Assembly (NCBI GenBank): GCA_038817885.1
Contig: JAWAZE010000002.1
Span: 13,862-77,861, forward strand
Reading direction: 5' to 3'
Length of the DNA: 64,000 bases
Source of the DNA: Candidatus Bathyarchaeia archaeon
Lineage (GTDB): Archaea > Thermoproteota > Bathyarchaeia > Bathyarchaeales > DTEX01
Positions within the stretch are counted from its first letter, which is position 1; each line of letters opens with the position of its first letter. Shown piece by piece: positions 48,597-56,800 of the stretch. The translations under genes and the position numbers were made by a program. The notes below the pieces were generated by a model. That model searched no databases, was not told the DNA's origin, and worked only from the letters and a program-made list of their open reading frames with translations.

Positions 48597-49487
48597 TCAC
48601 ACCCCCAACCTCTTAACTAACTGTGGAACGGGACTCCTATGGAATTCTACTAAGAGCTCCTTTGATGGAACCCCGAATGAGAGGGCTAGTAGCTCCATGA
48701 GGTTTATGCATGGCACATTAAATTGGATGCCGTGTGACCTCAACATAACTTGGCCGAGCTCAAATTGTATCATGCATGCTGGGCAGGCGGTGACCACGGC
48801 GTCCGCTCCGGCACCAGTAATCCTGCTGAGCTTGCGGGCCAGCCTCTCCTTAAGCGAGAACTCTTCATCAGCCTGCATGCTTGGGTATCCGCAGCACATG
48901 CGCTCAAGACCATAGTCTACTACTTGGACACCCGTTTGCTCAGCTAGCTCCTTCATCATATTGGGCTTGCGCATTATATCCGTGCTCTTGTACTCGCGGT
49001 ATAGGTGGCAGCCGTAGTGCAGTGCGACCCGCATATTTAATGGCTTAACCACCAAATCCTTAATCTTCTTTGGACTCACATCCTCATAGAGAACCTCTAT
49101 GACATGCTTTACATCCACTTTACCCTTATATTCCCTACCATACTTCCTTAAGACTCCGTTTACCATGCTCCTCTTCTCGGCGTCATGCTTAAGGATCTCA
49201 TTTGCCTCCGCCAGCGTCTCATAGCAGCCATTGCATAGGGTCATGAGGTCTAAGTCTAGATCCTCAGCTAACGTTAGGTTCCTTGCAGATATCATCAGTG
49301 AGGCCTCCTCATCGACTAGGCGGGAGATGACTGGCTCTGGGCAGCATGAGTAGCCCAGTAAATCAACTGCATCCACACCAAGTCTATCAAAGACTTTTCT
49401 AGTGGCAACCTCAATGTTTGGCAGGCGCATTGGAATCTGGCACCCGAGGAAGAAGGCATATTTCACCATAACCATCACCTCAATCAC
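48597..49487 (-). CDS. HdrB-like protein with two CCG domains (copy 1), inserted between nuoC-like and large-subunit genes
   Basis: 296 aa. LGCQIPM...YSCCPEP...LCNGC and YGCHLY...RMCCGYPS...ACPAC. 4-nt overlap with the upstream nuoC-like gene. Confidence 0.8.
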   Translation of the reverse strand: MIEVMVMVKYAFFLGCQIPMRLPNIEVATRKVFDRLGVDAVDLLGYSCCPEPVISRLVDEEASLMISARNLTLAEDLDLDLMTLCNGCYETLAEANEILKHDAEKRSMVNGVLRKYGREYKGKVDVKHVIEVLYEDVSPKKIKDLVVKPLNMRVALHYGCHLYREYKSTDIMRKPNMMKELAEQTGVQVVDYGLERMCCGYPSMQADEEFSLKERLARKLSRITGAGADAVVTACPACMIQFELGQVMLRSHGIQFNVPCINLMELLALSFGVPSKELLVEFHRSPVPQLVKRLGV

Positions 49488-50167
49488 TTATATCTAAGTT
49501 TTCTCTTATCCCAATCAAATCCAACCCTATCACCCATGCCAGAAGCCTTAATGACCCCATGATATTCGCTTAGAACTTTTTCATCCGTGAAGGGGAATGG
49601 TGCGGTCTTCGGTAGGCCGACCTCCTCACGCTTCTTCTGGACGAAGGCCGATATTGGAGCCACACATCCACTCGCTATTAATGCTTCAGCAACGGGTCTA
49701 GCCTTTGATGGTAGAGCGCCTTCAAGAGGCTTCTTTAATGGCCTCTTATCCTCAGACCAATCCTTAGTTAACACTAGGCCGACTGGATCCGGCTCTGGGT
49801 GATTAATTATCTTGATTCCGAAGAGGTCTGAGATCTCCCTCTCAATAAAGTTTGCCGCTGGGATGAGACTGGCTATAGACTCTAGTGTCGGATCTTCCTT
49901 AGGCTTAACAACTTTAACTGTAACAACTATCCCATCTATGTGAAGGTGGTATAGGTACTCCATGTCTAGACCGTTATCCACGGCGGAGATCGTCATAAAG
50001 CGCATATCCTTATACTTCTTCTTTAGGGCTTCGATGGTTTTCCTAAGGGCTGCTGGCTTAACATTAGCGAGTATCCTTCTCTCCCGCTGCCTATAAGCCT
50101 CCACTAAGTCTGCCCCCAAAGCCTTCTTCAAATAATCCATTACCTCAGACTCAACTGGCAGGGCCAA
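49484..50167 (-). CDS. NuoC/EchD-like hydrogenase subunit with about 70-aa C-terminal extension
   Basis: 227 aa. FMTISAVDNG...YHLH...PAANFIEREISDLFGIKIINHP matches the complex I 30-kDa subunit fold signature. Confidence 0.75.
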   Translation of the reverse strand: MALPVESEVMDYLKKALGADLVEAYRQRERRILANVKPAALRKTIEALKKKYKDMRFMTISAVDNGLDMEYLYHLHIDGIVVTVKVVKPKEDPTLESIASLIPAANFIEREISDLFGIKIINHPEPDPVGLVLTKDWSEDKRPLKKPLEGALPSKARPVAEALIASGCVAPISAFVQKKREEVGLPKTAPFPFTDEKVLSEYHGVIKASGMGDRVGFDWDKRKLRYK

Positions 50168-50170
50168 ACA

Positions 50171-50656
50171 CTACACCCCCAAATAGCGTTTTCTATTAAA
50201 TTCCCAGGCCTCCTTCCTTAATGTAACCCTAATAGCCTGTGGTGAGCAGAACTTAGCGCACTTCGGGTCGCCATCACAGAAGTCGCATTTAAAGGTGATT
50301 CTCCGCTCGGCGTTAAACCAGGGTGCCGATAGCGGGCAGGCGACGGTGCATGTCTTGCAGCCTATACACCTCAGCGGGTTTATCTTAACTAGACCCGTCA
50401 CCTCATCTTTAACGGCAGCCTCATTTGGACAGGATGCGACGCATAGGGGTTCATCACAGTGCTGGCAGTAAATTGCCTCAAACTCCCCAGTCTTCTCGTC
50501 AAATATTATGCGTAGGTTGACCTTCTCTAGGCCGATCTCCTTAAAGTGCTTATATGAGCAGGCTATTTGGCAGAAGAGACAGCCCGTGCACTTCGTGGGG
50601 TCATATAGAAGAACATTCTGCTCAGCAGCATTACCCTTCATAAACTCTTCCCTCAA
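50171..50656 (-). CDS. HycB/DmsB-type ferredoxin with four [4Fe-4S] motifs
   Basis: 161 aa. CTGCLFCQIAC, CQHCDEPLCVASCP, CIGCKTCTVACP, CDFCDGDPKCAKFCSP. Confidence 0.8.
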   Translation of the reverse strand: MREEFMKGNAAEQNVLLYDPTKCTGCLFCQIACSYKHFKEIGLEKVNLRIIFDEKTGEFEAIYCQHCDEPLCVASCPNEAAVKDEVTGLVKINPLRCIGCKTCTVACPLSAPWFNAERRITFKCDFCDGDPKCAKFCSPQAIRVTLRKEAWEFNRKRYLGV

Positions 50657-50667
50657 CTTTAGATTAC

Positions 50668-50691
50668 ATATACTTTAAACTTGAGGTATAT
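50668..50691. promoter_or_regulatory. Inverted repeat ATATAC-N12-GTATAT bracketing a TTTAAA box in the hydrogenase/protease divergent promoter
   Basis: Read from sequence, 12-35 nt upstream of the first hydrogenase-operon start codon. Short arms in AT-rich DNA, so it could be chance. Confidence 0.2.
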
Positions 50692-50743
50692 AGAGCTTTC
50701 TTTAAAAAATTCTTAAATCACTGGCTTTGTAAGAGTATCTAAG

Positions 50744-51241
50744 ATGTCCATTAGAAATGAGCTTAAGTCTTGGTTAGGCGGCTGCAGAAGGCTCGTTATA
50801 CTCGGGGTCGGCAACCCCCTCAGGGGGGATGATTCTCTCGGACTGGAGATCCTAGAGAGAATTAGGGGCAGGGTTCCGAGGAACGTTAAGCTAATATATG
50901 GTGGAACAGTTCCGGAGAATTTTATTGGCAAAATGGGGAGGCTTAGGCCATCCCACGTCATCATAATTGATGCGGCTCTCTTCGGCGGCAAGCCCGGCGA
51001 GGCCAGGCTCATACCGCCTGAGCAGATACCTGATACAACCATATCCACACACGCGATCCCGCTAAATCTACTGGCCTCATTGATCCAGAAAAAGACAAAC
51101 GCAAAGGTCATTTTGTTGGGGATAGAGCCGAAGAACTTAGGTCTCGGGGAGAAGATGAGTTGGGAGGTTAGGGAGTCGGTTGAGAGGTGCGCCAGAACAT
51201 TAATAAACGTAACATGGGAGCTAAAACCGTCTGTAATTTAA
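50744..51241 (+). CDS. Hydrogenase maturation endopeptidase (HycI/HyaD family)
   Basis: 165 aa. VILGVGNPLRGDDSLGLEI N-terminal motif and the downstream ISTHAIPL histidine. Confidence 0.85.
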   Translation: MSIRNELKSWLGGCRRLVILGVGNPLRGDDSLGLEILERIRGRVPRNVKLIYGGTVPENFIGKMGRLRPSHVIIIDAALFGGKPGEARLIPPEQIPDTTISTHAIPLNLLASLIQKKTNAKVILLGIEPKNLGLGEKMSWEVRESVERCARTLINVTWELKPSVI

Positions 51242-52029
51242 ACAAGATGCATTAACTCGGTAAGACTTGGTATATAAATGAAAAAGCACACATATAGGGA
51301 GAGAACAAGCATTATAGCCGAGATTGAAATGAAAAGATAATCTTTCATGCTCATCTTAAGTGAGTATAAATTTGTGCGCTTTTTTGATGCGCCCCAAGCC
51401 CTAGACTCCATAGCCTCAGCGAGCTCCATACTCCTCCTTATGGCACTGACTATAAGTGGTATCAGAATTGGTATATAATTCCTTATTCTTTTTATGAAGT
51501 TTCCCCGCTCAAGCTCTAATCCTCGCGTCCTCTGCGCATCTATTATTGTCTGCGCCTCTTCAGCTAAGACTGGAACGAACCTTATCGCCGTTATAAATGC
51601 GAAGCAGAATTCGTAGGGGATACCTACTTGCTCAAGAGATAAGCTAAGCATATCCGGTGATGTTGTCGCAAAGAATATTGAGAATGATTCGACAAGAATA
51701 ATGAATCTGGCTGTCATGGCTAGAGAACGCTCTATAATTGCTGGTATAGATGGGTAGCCGCCATAAAAGTAGAGTGAGACCGCATTTGTGATGAAGATTA
51801 ACGCTGCGAAAAATGCCGCCCCCCTCATTAGGCGCAGCCATTCCCTCTTAATTTTAGCCACCATAACCAACGGGGTCTGGGAAAAGAATAATATTAAAAG
51901 TGGTATTAGCTGGCTGAACATTATTGCCGCAGCAAATAAAACGCATACATAGATAAATTTAGCTCTGGGGTCAATCCTATGTAAAGGCGACGAAATACTC
52001 CTAAACCTTAAGCCTTCAAACATGCTCAT
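51238..52029 (-). CDS. ecfT: ECF transporter transmembrane (T) component, CbiQ/EcfT family
   Basis: 263 aa, polytopic. SPLHRIDPRAKFIYV N-terminus and the ARxxR-type coupling helices (IDAQRTRG..., AIRRSMELAEAMESR). Confidence 0.8.
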   Translation of the reverse strand: MSMFEGLRFRSISSPLHRIDPRAKFIYVCVLFAAAIMFSQLIPLLILFFSQTPLVMVAKIKREWLRLMRGAAFFAALIFITNAVSLYFYGGYPSIPAIIERSLAMTARFIILVESFSIFFATTSPDMLSLSLEQVGIPYEFCFAFITAIRFVPVLAEEAQTIIDAQRTRGLELERGNFIKRIRNYIPILIPLIVSAIRRSMELAEAMESRAWGASKKRTNLYSLKMSMKDYLFISISAIMLVLSLYVCFFIYIPSLTELMHLV

Positions 52030-52853
52030 TTACTAACCCTACTTTGAAGTCTCTCGAGAATTAAGCGCTTAGCCTCATAAACACCTAAAACTTTTCTTGG
52101 GAAACCAAAATCATTAAGTCTCATAAATACTTGAGTCATCTCCGGCAGCACTAGAGACGCCTCTTTTATCAAGATTGGATCCGTGAGCACCTCCCTAGTC
52201 TCTCCATCAGCAATTATCTTGCCGTTAGCCATCAAGATAACCCTTGGCTCACACTCAGCAGCAAACTCTACATCATGCGTCACTATTATCACAGTTTTAC
52301 CCTGATGGTTCAGCTGAATTATAAAGTGCCGGAGCTTCTCCTTCTGATACGCATCCTGCCCTATCGTCGGCTCATCAAGTATCAGTACTTTTGGATCCCA
52401 CGCTAAAACTGACGCCAAGGCAACCCTCTTTCTCTCCCCACCACTAAGCATAAAAGGCGAGGTTCTACGGTACTGGGTTAAATCTAGGAGGTTAAGCGCC
52501 CAGTCAACCCTCTCTTTAATAGTCTTCTCATCAAACCCAAAATTTTTGAGGGCGAAGGCGATTTCCTCCTCAACTGTTTCGCTGAAGAGCTGGTGATCTG
52601 GATTTTGGAACACGAAACCCACTTTCCTGGCTAGCTCGGCGACGCTAACGCTTCTCGTATCAACCCCATCTATTAAAACCCTTCCTTTAGCCGGCTTTAA
52701 TAGACCAATAAAGTGCTTAACCAGCGTAGTTTTGCCGGCTCCATTCTGCCCCATTATTGCAACAAACTCTCCATCCAAGATTCTCACGGATACTCCCCTA
52801 AGAGCCTCAACGTTATTGGGGTATGTGAAGTAAACGTTCTCAGCCTCTATCAG
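52026..52853 (-). CDS. ecfA: ECF transporter ATPase (A' component); N-terminus extends beyond the first canonical start codon
   Basis: Walker A GQNGAGKTT, signature LSGGERKRV, Walker B LILDEPT. The ORF-track start (GTG 52787) removes conserved N-terminal strands. In-frame LIEAENVYFTYPNNVEALRGVSV continues up to 52853. See findings. Confidence 0.75.
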   Translation of the reverse strand: MIEAENVYFTYPNNVEALRGVSVRILDGEFVAIMGQNGAGKTTLVKHFIGLLKPAKGRVLIDGVDTRSVSVAELARKVGFVFQNPDHQLFSETVEEEIAFALKNFGFDEKTIKERVDWALNLLDLTQYRRTSPFMLSGGERKRVALASVLAWDPKVLILDEPTIGQDAYQKEKLRHFIIQLNHQGKTVIIVTHDVEFAAECEPRVILMANGKIIADGETREVLTDPILIKEASLVLPEMTQVFMRLNDFGFPRKVLGVYEAKRLILERLQSRVSK

Positions 52854-53694
52854 ACCTGAGCACCTCCATGATCAGCTCAGATGCTTCTTCCGGGCTTAAT
52901 GGGACCTTGCCAAGGTCAACATTACTCTCCCTTAATGCGAGGTAAAGCCTAATGACCTTCGGTAGCCCGACACCAACTAACCTGACTTTATCATCCAGAA
53001 AGATTTTTCTAGGCTCCCCATCCAAGATTATGTGGCCGCGGTTCATGATGATGACACGGCTAGCATATCTAACGGCTAAATCCAATCTATGCTCGACAAG
53101 TATGACCGTTATCCTCAGATTCTTATTCAGCTGATAAATTGTCTCTAAAATGCTCCTAGCGCTTAATGGGTCAAGGAACGATGTGGGTTCGTCTAAGACA
53201 ATTACCTCGGGTTGCATCGCGAGGACGGAGGCGATCGCAACACGCTGTTGTTGCCCGCCGGAGAGCTCAAATGGAGCCCTATCCTTTAGATCATATATTC
53301 CAGTGACCTTTAACGCCCAATCAACTCTTCTGCGAATCTCATCTCTAAGGAGACCGAGGTTCTCTAGTCCGAAGGCTACGTCCTTCTCAACGGTGAGAGC
53401 GAATAGCTGATTTTCCGGGTTCTGGAAGACCAGACCAACGTGCTTTGCTAATTTATAAATGGGGTTATCTTTCGTATTTAATCCGGCGACCACGACATCG
53501 CCCTTAAGATCCCCACCATAAAAGTGCGGTATAAGCCCATTAAAGCACCTACAAAGCGTGGTCTTCCCACACCCACTCGGACCAGTTAAAATGACAAAAT
53601 CTCCTTTCTCGATTGTTAAATTTATATCCTTAATGGCGGGCTTCTCGGCGAGGGGATACGTATATGTTAAATCTCTTACCTCAATTATCGCCAA
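52840..53694 (-). CDS. ecfA: ECF transporter ATPase (A component)
   Basis: 284 aa. Walker A GPSGCGKTT, signature LSGGQQQRV, Walker B IVLDEPTS. First gene of the A-A'-T module. Confidence 0.85.
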   Translation of the reverse strand: MAIIEVRDLTYTYPLAEKPAIKDINLTIEKGDFVILTGPSGCGKTTLCRCFNGLIPHFYGGDLKGDVVVAGLNTKDNPIYKLAKHVGLVFQNPENQLFALTVEKDVAFGLENLGLLRDEIRRRVDWALKVTGIYDLKDRAPFELSGGQQQRVAIASVLAMQPEVIVLDEPTSFLDPLSARSILETIYQLNKNLRITVILVEHRLDLAVRYASRVIIMNRGHIILDGEPRKIFLDDKVRLVGVGLPKVIRLYLALRESNVDLGKVPLSPEEASELIMEVLRSDRG

Positions 53695-53854
53695 GGTATA
53701 GTTACACCTTAGCTATCTTCTCTCAAAGTCTCATTTGAAAGAAAACATGGTGTAATTTAAGCTTCTCGTATAAATACTATGGTATTGTTTATATATTTAG
53801 GTCGCGGAAACCATTTTAAATTCTTTATAATATATAAATTGGTGGTTATCTCCT

Positions 53855-54844
53855 TTGAGGATCAGGTGGGAGAGCGGAGTATCAATAGAAGGTGGGGGGA
53901 ACAGAATAGTTTTTGACCCCCAGTCTAGGATCTTAAATTGTAAAGCTTCATTTGTAACCCATGCGCACATAGACCACTCGTACTCCTTCAGGCTTAAACA
54001 TATGCCAGTACTTTCATCTGAGGAAACCATGAAGCTGGTTTCAATAGAAGGCGTTAGGACCAGTAAGTGGCAACCTCTAACTATAAATAAGGGGGTTAGG
54101 ATTGACGACATAGAGGTGGTACCGCATTCATCCGGCCATATTCTTGGCTCCTATGAATTTGAGGTTCGCACGCCCAATGGGGTGGTTCTCTTCACAGGTG
54201 ATCTTAATACCAGAGAGGGGAGGATTATAGAGCCGGCTAAGCCGGTGAGATGCGATGTGCTAATTATAGAGGCGACATATGGGTCGCCAGAATTCGTATT
54301 CCCGTCGGATAAGGAGGTCGCTGAAGAGATTGTTAAATGGGCGGACGAGATTTTAAGCGAAAATAAAATTCCTGTATTTCAGGCAGATGCCATTGGGAAT
54401 GCGCAGGAAATCATAAGAATTTTTAATGAAAATACGAGTACACCCGTTATATCGCATTGGAGGATTTCGAAAGTTAATGAAATTTATGGGTATTATGGCC
54501 ATAAAATAACATATGTTGACATCAACTCTGAGGAAGCCTTCGACCTCATCTCCTCCGCAAATGCCGTGATAATCTCCCCAAAGAGATTAAATTTATCCTT
54601 TAATCATAAGTTTGTCTCAGCGATGGTTTCAGGATGGGCTATCAGATTTAAGCGCAGATCCTTCCCTCTAAGCGACCACGCAGACTTCCCCAGCCTACTG
54701 GACTTCATTAGGAACTGTGATCCAAAAATTGTCTTAACACATCACGGCGGGGCATTCAATAGAATTTTGGCTAAATATGTTGAGAAAAAAATGGGAATAA
54801 GAGCTTATCCGGTCGATCTTATATCAACAAATTTTTCAATTTAA
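53855..54844 (+). CDS. Metallo-beta-lactamase fold nuclease, short beta-CASP type
   Basis: 329 aa. VTHAHIDH motif, later SGHILGS and GDLNT, and a C-terminal LSDHAD...HHG typical of beta-CASP RNA/DNA nucleases. Confidence 0.7.
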   Translation: MRIRWESGVSIEGGGNRIVFDPQSRILNCKASFVTHAHIDHSYSFRLKHMPVLSSEETMKLVSIEGVRTSKWQPLTINKGVRIDDIEVVPHSSGHILGSYEFEVRTPNGVVLFTGDLNTREGRIIEPAKPVRCDVLIIEATYGSPEFVFPSDKEVAEEIVKWADEILSENKIPVFQADAIGNAQEIIRIFNENTSTPVISHWRISKVNEIYGYYGHKITYVDINSEEAFDLISSANAVIISPKRLNLSFNHKFVSAMVSGWAIRFKRRSFPLSDHADFPSLLDFIRNCDPKIVLTHHGGAFNRILAKYVEKKMGIRAYPVDLISTNFSI

Positions 54845-55106
54845 GGGTGATGGGCTTTTCTCCCTCTATTTTATTTAATAAACCTTTCGATATGGTCTCA
54901 ACACAGTATTGTTAAGCGTGCTCATTAAGAAGGTAGGTCTTATTAAACCATCACATATTGTGAATATACGTATTTCGCTCTGGCATGGAAAAGGTGCTAC
55001 TGATACTTATTATTATAATATAAATTGTTAAGGTTTATATCAAAGGTTATGCGAAACTCTCAAAGGAAGATGTGATTCGTAACTGAAGCTTAGGGAGAAG
55101 AAGCTG

Positions 55107-56765
55107 ATGAAACAGAAGGTTGCTTACTTTTCAATGGAAATCGCGTTGTTAAATGATATGAAGACCTATAGTGGGGGTTTAGGCGTTTTAGCTGGCGATG
55201 TAGTAAGATCTAGTGCCGATTTGAGGATACCGCTTGTAGCAGTTACTTTAGTTAGTAAGAGGGGTTACTTTAAGCAGGAATTGACGCCGGAAGGAAAACA
55301 GATTGAGAACTCCGAACCGTGGGATCCCTCAGCCTTCCTCCAGCCAATCAAAGAGGAAGTTACAGTTCAGATTGAGGGTAGGGATGTGAAAGTTAGAGCC
55401 TGGATGTACACTGTCAAGGGCGCTACTGGTGGCATAGTCCCAGTTTACTTCCTAGATACTGATGTAGAAGGGAACTCGTCTGAGGATAGGGAGATTACTT
55501 CGTATTTATATGGTGGTGATGAAAGGTACCGCCTCAAGCAGGAGATAGTTTTAGGCATTGGCGGGGTGAGAATGCTAGATAAATTAGGCGTCAATATACA
55601 AAAGTACCACATGAATGAGGGGCATTCAAGTCTTCTCGCAGTTGAGCTATTGCGTAAATATAACATGGACGTTAACAAAGTTAGGAGTATGTGCATCTTC
55701 ACAACGCATACTCCAGTTGAAACTGCGCACGATAAGTTTTCGTATGATCTCGTCAGAGATGTTTTAGGTGAAGTCGTGCCGTTTGATCTTTTAAAGAAGG
55801 TAGGCGGTGAAGAGAGGTTGAACATGGTCTTACTCGCCCTAAACCTAAGTGAATATATCAACGGCGTATCAAAAAGGCATAGTATCACCTCCAAGGAAAA
55901 GTTTTCAAGCTATGAGATTCATGCCATAACGAACGGTGTTCACCCATATACCTGGACATGCGAGAGCTTTAGAGGGCTTTATGAAAAATATTTGCCGGGA
56001 TGGGCCCATGAGCCAGAATTGCTCATTAAAGTGGATATAATTCCAAACAATGAAATATGGCAGGCTCACATGGAAGCCAAGAGAAGACTGATAGACTATG
56101 TTAATAGTGTGACTGATGTCAACATGGACTATGAAACTCTAACCATTGGCTTCGCTAGAAGGGCCACCGCGTATAAGAGACATACACTGATATTCTCAGA
56201 TCTTAAGAGATTGCGGAGAGTGAATAGGAGAGGAAAAATACAATTGGTTTTTGCTGGAAAAGCTCATCCGAGGGATGAACCTGGAAAGAGGATGATTGAG
56301 GAAATATTTAGGTATAAGAGCAGCCTTAAAGGCGATATCAAAATCGCGTACTTAAAGGATTATAATTTAGAGATCGCGGCCAAGCTCGTTTCTGGGGTTG
56401 ACGTCTGGCTAAATACTCCCTTGCCCCCTCTTGAGGCTTCTGGTACAAGCGGAATGAAGGCGGCTTATAATGGAGTAGTGAACTTCAGCGTTTTAGACGG
56501 ATGGTGGATTGAAGGTTGGGTGGAAGGAATTACAGGATGGGCTATTGGCCCAACGCCCGAGGAGCGGAGATGCATGTCCTTAGAAGAGCAGCTAGCCATA
56601 GAATTAAATGACTTATATGGTAAATTAGAATACATTATCATACCATTATATTATGAAAATAGAGACGGCTGGATAAATATCATGAAGAATTCCATTGAAA
56701 AGATCGCATCACAGTTCAACAGTCACAGAATGATGCAGAGATATGTAACTGAAGCATATTTATAA
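55107..56765 (+). CDS. glgP: Alpha-glucan (glycogen/maltodextrin) phosphorylase, GT35 short archaeal/bacterial form
   Basis: 552 aa. YFSMEIAL...TYSGGLGVLAGD, TTHTPV, GVSKRH, EASGTSGMKAAYNG (PLP-lysine region). Confidence 0.85.
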   Translation: MKQKVAYFSMEIALLNDMKTYSGGLGVLAGDVVRSSADLRIPLVAVTLVSKRGYFKQELTPEGKQIENSEPWDPSAFLQPIKEEVTVQIEGRDVKVRAWMYTVKGATGGIVPVYFLDTDVEGNSSEDREITSYLYGGDERYRLKQEIVLGIGGVRMLDKLGVNIQKYHMNEGHSSLLAVELLRKYNMDVNKVRSMCIFTTHTPVETAHDKFSYDLVRDVLGEVVPFDLLKKVGGEERLNMVLLALNLSEYINGVSKRHSITSKEKFSSYEIHAITNGVHPYTWTCESFRGLYEKYLPGWAHEPELLIKVDIIPNNEIWQAHMEAKRRLIDYVNSVTDVNMDYETLTIGFARRATAYKRHTLIFSDLKRLRRVNRRGKIQLVFAGKAHPRDEPGKRMIEEIFRYKSSLKGDIKIAYLKDYNLEIAAKLVSGVDVWLNTPLPPLEASGTSGMKAAYNGVVNFSVLDGWWIEGWVEGITGWAIGPTPEERRCMSLEEQLAIELNDLYGKLEYIIIPLYYENRDGWINIMKNSIEKIASQFNSHRMMQRYVTEAYL

Positions 56766-56800
56766 GAAAAATTTTCATGCAGGCAGGAAAAATTTAGATT

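Noticed and set aside
53702-53755. 7-bp inverted repeat TTACACC...GGTGTAA separated by 40 nt in the divergent region between the ECF operon and the MBL nuclease gene.
   Set aside because: By rough estimate, about one such 7-bp inverted pair at arbitrary spacing is expected by chance in a 160-nt region. There is no supporting symmetry or second copy.
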